From: Desulfatiglandales bacterium
GTDB taxonomy: Bacteria > Desulfobacterota > DSM-4660 > Desulfatiglandales > HGW-15
Direction of reading: 5' to 3'
Assembly (NCBI GenBank): GCA_963667015.2
Contig: CAXXJJ010000004.1
Location: 960,001 to 1,024,000 of the forward strand
DNA: 64,000 nucleotides
A program made the translations under genes and the position numbers. Positions 60,183-64,000 of the stretch are shown here, piece after piece; the stretch's first letter is position 1, and every line of letters begins with the position of its first letter. The notes below the pieces were generated by a model. It saw only the letters and a list, made by a program, of their open reading frames with translations. It was not told where the DNA came from and did no database searches.

Positions 60183-60908
60183 TTAAATAACAATTAAAAG
60201 GAGTGCTACTACTAAGGCATATACTCCTGTTGATTCTGTAACCGCCATACCTACAAGCATGGTTCTTGTCAGAACATCCGAGGCTTCCGGATTTCTTGAA
60301 ATCGATTTTACAGCTGCACCGGCTGCAATGCCTTCACCTATTCCGGGCCCTATTGCTCCCAGTCCGGCGGCAAGACCGGCACCAAGGATAGCTCCCCATC
60401 CGGGATAAAGCGCCATACTGGAATTATCAACAAATAAAAGAAGCAATGCGACAATCATTCCGTAAATAGCTGTTGTCTGGCATATAGCCGCGCTTACCAG
60501 CATGGTTGTCAGAAGCTTTGTACTTATTACAGGCTGTCTCACCATTCCGCGACACAATTCGCCTGCTGGAAAACCCGAACCTATTCCTGAGCCTATTGCA
60601 GCTAGCCCCATTGCCAGACCTGCCCCTATATAATTCCAGGTAACTAAATAATTGTCTGCAGGGGCCTTGGAAAAGATCAGTATTATAGCAATAACAAGGG
60701 CAAATATGGCTGCCGATTCTGCAATGGCCTGGCCGACAAGCATATTTTTTATTACCTCACCGGCTTTTTCCGGCCTGTAGGAAATAGCTTCATTGGCAAC
60801 ACCGGCTGTATATCCTTCTCCGACAGCCGCGCCAATAGCTCCAAAACCTATTGATATTCCGGCACCTATAAACATGGCAGCGTTTGTAGTGTATAAAGCT
60901 TCAAACAT
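60183..60908 (-). CDS. atpE: ATP synthase Fo subunit c, triplicated (six TM)
   Basis: Three c-hairpin repeats with loops YRP, RQP, RNP and ion sites AESAAIF, CQTTAIY, TESTGVY. Confidence 0.9.
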   Translation of the reverse strand: MFEALYTTNAAMFIGAGISIGFGAIGAAVGEGYTAGVANEAISYRPEKAGEVIKNMLVGQAIAESAAIFALVIAIILIFSKAPADNYLVTWNYIGAGLAMGLAAIGSGIGSGFPAGELCRGMVRQPVISTKLLTTMLVSAAICQTTAIYGMIVALLLLFVDNSSMALYPGWGAILGAGLAAGLGAIGPGIGEGIAAGAAVKSISRNPEASDVLTRTMLVGMAVTESTGVYALVVALLLIVI

Positions 60909-60910
60909 TT

Positions 60911-61588
60911 TTATTTTACCTTAAGAGAAATATAAACCAGCGTTAGCATTGTAAAAACAAAAGCCTGAACGGTTCCCACAAACAGGCCGAAGTACATAAC
61001 CAGAAAAGGCGGTATTATAATGCTTTTAAGAAGCTGAGAGCCTATAATAATTATTATCGCACCACCCAGAATATTACCGTAAAGACGGAAAGAAACGGAT
61101 ACAACCTGCGCAATCTCACCTATTAAATTAAGGGGAGCCATAAACCACATCGGGCTGCAGTACTCCTTAAGGTATCCGCCAATACCTTTAGCCCTTATAC
61201 CTGAATAATGTGAAACTATGCCCCCGAGTATACCCATACTAAGTGTGGTATTGAGGTCTCTGGTAGGTTCTGCCATCATGGGTATGGCTCCTATCCAGTT
61301 GCAGAGCAGGAAAAACATGAAGAGAGAACAGATCATTGGAAAATATTTTTTTGCCCGTTCTTCATCAAGGGTATCGACAACAAGGTTATAAAAGATATTA
61401 ACCAGTGATTCGGCAACTACCTGGACCGGATGTGGAATAAGACCAGCCTTTTTTGTTGCGAAATATGAAAAAACAATCAGAATCCCCATTACAATCCAGG
61501 TCATGATCAGAGACGTCATATTAAGGACCATAAAACTGTTATGAAATCCGGGAATAGCTACCTGCCAAACATTTGTCAATTCTTCCAT
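60911..61588 (-). CDS. atpB: ATP synthase Fo subunit a
   Basis: PTRDLN, SFRLYGNI, VQAFVFTMLT. Confidence 0.95.
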   Translation of the reverse strand: MEELTNVWQVAIPGFHNSFMVLNMTSLIMTWIVMGILIVFSYFATKKAGLIPHPVQVVAESLVNIFYNLVVDTLDEERAKKYFPMICSLFMFFLLCNWIGAIPMMAEPTRDLNTTLSMGILGGIVSHYSGIRAKGIGGYLKEYCSPMWFMAPLNLIGEIAQVVSVSFRLYGNILGGAIIIIIGSQLLKSIIIPPFLVMYFGLFVGTVQAFVFTMLTLVYISLKVK

Positions 61589-61601
61589 TGTCTAAGCCTT
61601 A

Positions 61602-61994
61602 CTATGCCTTTCTTATCTTGGAAAATCTGCCAATTACCAGGTGATTAAAAAGTATTGAGAACTGGACCATAAAAATGCCGGCAACAGTCCCGTAAAAATT
61701 AATTGATTCCGACTTGTAGGATATTGCCAGCGGTACTGCCAGTAAAGCGTATCTGAAAAATATAGAGAGAAAGGCCCTGGATCCTGCGCGTACCTTATTT
61801 TTAGCACCTGCAATCTGTCGGTCCAAGAATATTCCCATGATAACAAAGTTTATAACACTGAAAAGAGCGCCAAGAACCAAACCTTTGCCAATAGCCTTTT
61901 GTCCAACAATTATAAGTATAAACGCAATGCTTATTGCATAAAACATAGCCCTGTTGCAATAATACTTTTGAGCCTTTTTTACCTCTTCATCCAT
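61602..61994 (-). CDS. atpI: ATP synthase protein I
   Basis: Four-TM protein upstream of atpB; GALFSVINF, FRY. Confidence 0.8.
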   Translation of the reverse strand: MDEEVKKAQKYYCNRAMFYAISIAFILIIVGQKAIGKGLVLGALFSVINFVIMGIFLDRQIAGAKNKVRAGSRAFLSIFFRYALLAVPLAISYKSESINFYGTVAGIFMVQFSILFNHLVIGRFSKIRKA

Positions 61995-62256
61995 TTTTAT
62001 TGTTTTCCGGATCAGATTCTTTGTTTTTATTACTGAGATTCAGTACCTCGTCTATCTGCCTGTATACCGTTATCCCACCGCCGACAACACCAAGGATAAT
62101 AAAAATAGTTAAGAACAGGCCTTTTGTTCCGAGCCACTTATCCAGAAAATAGCCAATAGCAAAACAAAATAAGATACAGCCAACCATGGTCAAACCCAGA
62201 TGGCTGGCGATGGTTAAATCGTCAAAAATACCTCGATGTTTTTTTAAATCAAAAAT
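61987..62256 (-). CDS. atpZ: AtpZ/AtpI family small membrane protein (possible ATT start)
   Basis: IGYFLDKWLGT, LGVVGG; frame open upstream to an ATT at 62256, 6 nt after AGGAG. Confidence 0.75.
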   Translation of the reverse strand: MFDLKKHRGIFDDLTIASHLGLTMVGCILFCFAIGYFLDKWLGTKGLFLTIFIILGVVGGGITVYRQIDEVLNLSNKNKESDPENNKNG

Positions 62257-62614
62257 CGGAAACTCCTGACTAATTTAACTATTTGATAATACCCAACAGA
62301 TTATTTGTAGATTCTTTTAAGTAAAATTTCAGCAACTGTAAAGAAAAAAATTGTGAAGCATAATTAAAAGTTGATAATAAAGCTTATAAATATGATATAT
62401 AATGACCTGATATAGAAAAATGATTTGGCTTAAATTTTAATAAAAGATTGCGATTAATATAATTTTAAATTGATTTACAATTGAATTTACTGAACTTATG
62501 GTATGATTTCTGCAATAATTCACTTATTTTCCTGAAAAAAATAAATTATTCAGGAAACAGGTAATATAGAAAATGTATGATCTCATACCTATTTTTAATG
62601 GAGGCTTCTTATAG

Positions 62615-64000
62615 ATGGCGAATAATCTGTATATTACATCCACTGAATCTCGCAGCGGAAAATCTGCAATTTGCCTTGGAATAATGGAATTATTAATACG
62701 AAATATTGACAGGGTAGGGTTTTTCCGTCCACTGATAAGAGACAAAAACGAAAAACCGGATAATGATATTGAGCTGATATCCAAATATTTCAAACTGGAC
62801 ATACCCTATGATGATATGTACGGGTGTACAACAACCGAGGCAAACGAACTTATTGCCCTTGGAAAGCAGGATGTTTTAATTGAACGCATTTTTACTAAAT
62901 ACAACAACATTAAAGATGATTATGATTTTGTCCTTTGTGAGGGCACTGATTTTGAAGGTTCAACCTCTTCCCTTGAATTTGACATAAACGCCGAAGTGGC
63001 AAACAATCTGGGGTGCCCTGTTCTTCTTGTTGCATCCGCTCACAATAAAACGCCCGGTAACACCTTTAATGCCATAGAGGCAACGGTTGAATCCCTTAAT
63101 GAAAAAGGATGCAAGATATTATCCATAATAGTCAACAGGGCCAATCCTTCGGATGAAAAGGAAATCATCAATTACCTTGACCGGAAATTTGAAGATTCGG
63201 ATATGCTGATCTACTCTATCCCAAATGAAAAATATCTGGGGAATCCGACAATAGGTGAAATAGTCGAGATACTCAATGCCAGGGTACTCTATGGCCATGA
63301 TCAGCTTGACCGTCATGCACATAATATTATCGTTGCAGCAATGCAGCTGAGAAATTTTCTTAAGGGTATTGATCACGGAACGCTTGTTATTACACCCGGT
63401 GACAGGGGTGATGTTATTATAGCATGCCTTGCGTCTGTATCATCAGTAACAATGCCGGCAATATCGGGCATACTGCTTACCGGAGGCCTGAGACCCGAAG
63501 AAACAATCTGCAAACTTATCGAAGGTCTTTCAAACATGGTGCCTATTGTCAGTGTTGAAACAGACACCTTTAATTCAGCCAGAATGGTAGATAATATCCA
63601 TGCGGTCATATCTCCTACAAACACCCGCAAGATAACCAGGGCACTTGAACTTTTTGAAAAGAACGTTTCCGTATCCGATCTTACTGAAAAGATAATAGAG
63701 ACACAGACAACAACAGTCACACCCAAGATGTTTGAGTACAATCTCATTCAGAAGGCAAAAATTCAAAAACAGCATATTGTCCTGCCTGAAGGCGAGGATG
63801 AGAGGATACTGAGGGCCGCAGAAATTCTCTTAAGAAGAGATGTCGTTAAACTGTCACTCCTCGGAAATGAAATAGAGATAAGAAAAAAGATGATGCGCCT
63901 GGGATTACATCTTGAGGGTGCAGAGATAATAGATATCAAAAAAAGCCAACGATATGATGAATATGTTGAATCATATTATGAACTTCGGAAAAACAAGGGA
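62615..64000 (+). CDS. pta: Phosphate acetyltransferase, long form with BioD-like/DRTGG N-terminus (3' partial; absent from the ORF track)
   Basis: MANNLYITSTESRSGKS, VGFFRP, LCEGTDF, ITPGDRGD, TPKMFEY, IVLPEGEDER; GGAGG RBS. Confidence 0.93.
   Translation, partial: MANNLYITSTESRSGKSAICLGIMELLIRNIDRVGFFRPLIRDKNEKPDNDIELISKYFKLDIPYDDMYGCTTTEANELIALGKQDVLIERIFTKYNNIKDDYDFVLCEGTDFEGSTSSLEFDINAEVANNLGCPVLLVASAHNKTPGNTFNAIEATVESLNEKGCKILSIIVNRANPSDEKEIINYLDRKFEDSDMLIYSIPNEKYLGNPTIGEIVEILNARVLYGHDQLDRHAHNIIVAAMQLRNFLKGIDHGTLVITPGDRGDVIIACLASVSSVTMPAISGILLTGGLRPEETICKLIEGLSNMVPIVSVETDTFNSARMVDNIHAVISPTNTRKITRALELFEKNVSVSDLTEKIIETQTTTVTPKMFEYNLIQKAKIQKQHIVLPEGEDERILRAAEILLRRDVVKLSLLGNEIEIRKKMMRLGLHLEGAEIIDIKKSQRYDEYVESYYELRKNKG

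Overview
Low-GC bacterial chromosomal window. Gene content (split atp operon, long-form Pta, TupABC, AOR-family enzymes, FmdB zinc ribbon) suggests an anaerobic deltaproteobacterium (Desulfobacterota-like; inference). In order: the end of a TRAP fused permease; a tungsten/molybdenum island (TaoR-like regulator, tupCB, anion porin, two tupA, moeA, two Tat-ferredoxin/AOR pairs) interrupted by a five-gene cluster of unknown function (FGE/CLec protein with a DGR-like variable region, DUF1257, Ycf46-like AAA+, DUF2997, Hsp70-like); ALDH and SDR; TonB/TPR genes and a giant BlaI/BlaR1(M56) pair with a clear operator; two ECF sigma/anti-sigma pairs; three uncharacterised cupin paralogues; a xylose module; a LarA/UxaA/IlvD hydroxy-acid operon; an Mno-like Fe-ADH; two candidate tiny selenoproteins; a Na+-type Fo operon with both a single-hairpin and a triple-hairpin c subunit; and the start of pta. 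Intergenic spaces carry several REP/MITE-like repeat families. Several single-base homopolymer indels suggest assembly errors. No rRNA, tRNA, CRISPR array, transposase or reverse transcriptase was seen. All family calls come from motif recognition by eye, not from database searches.
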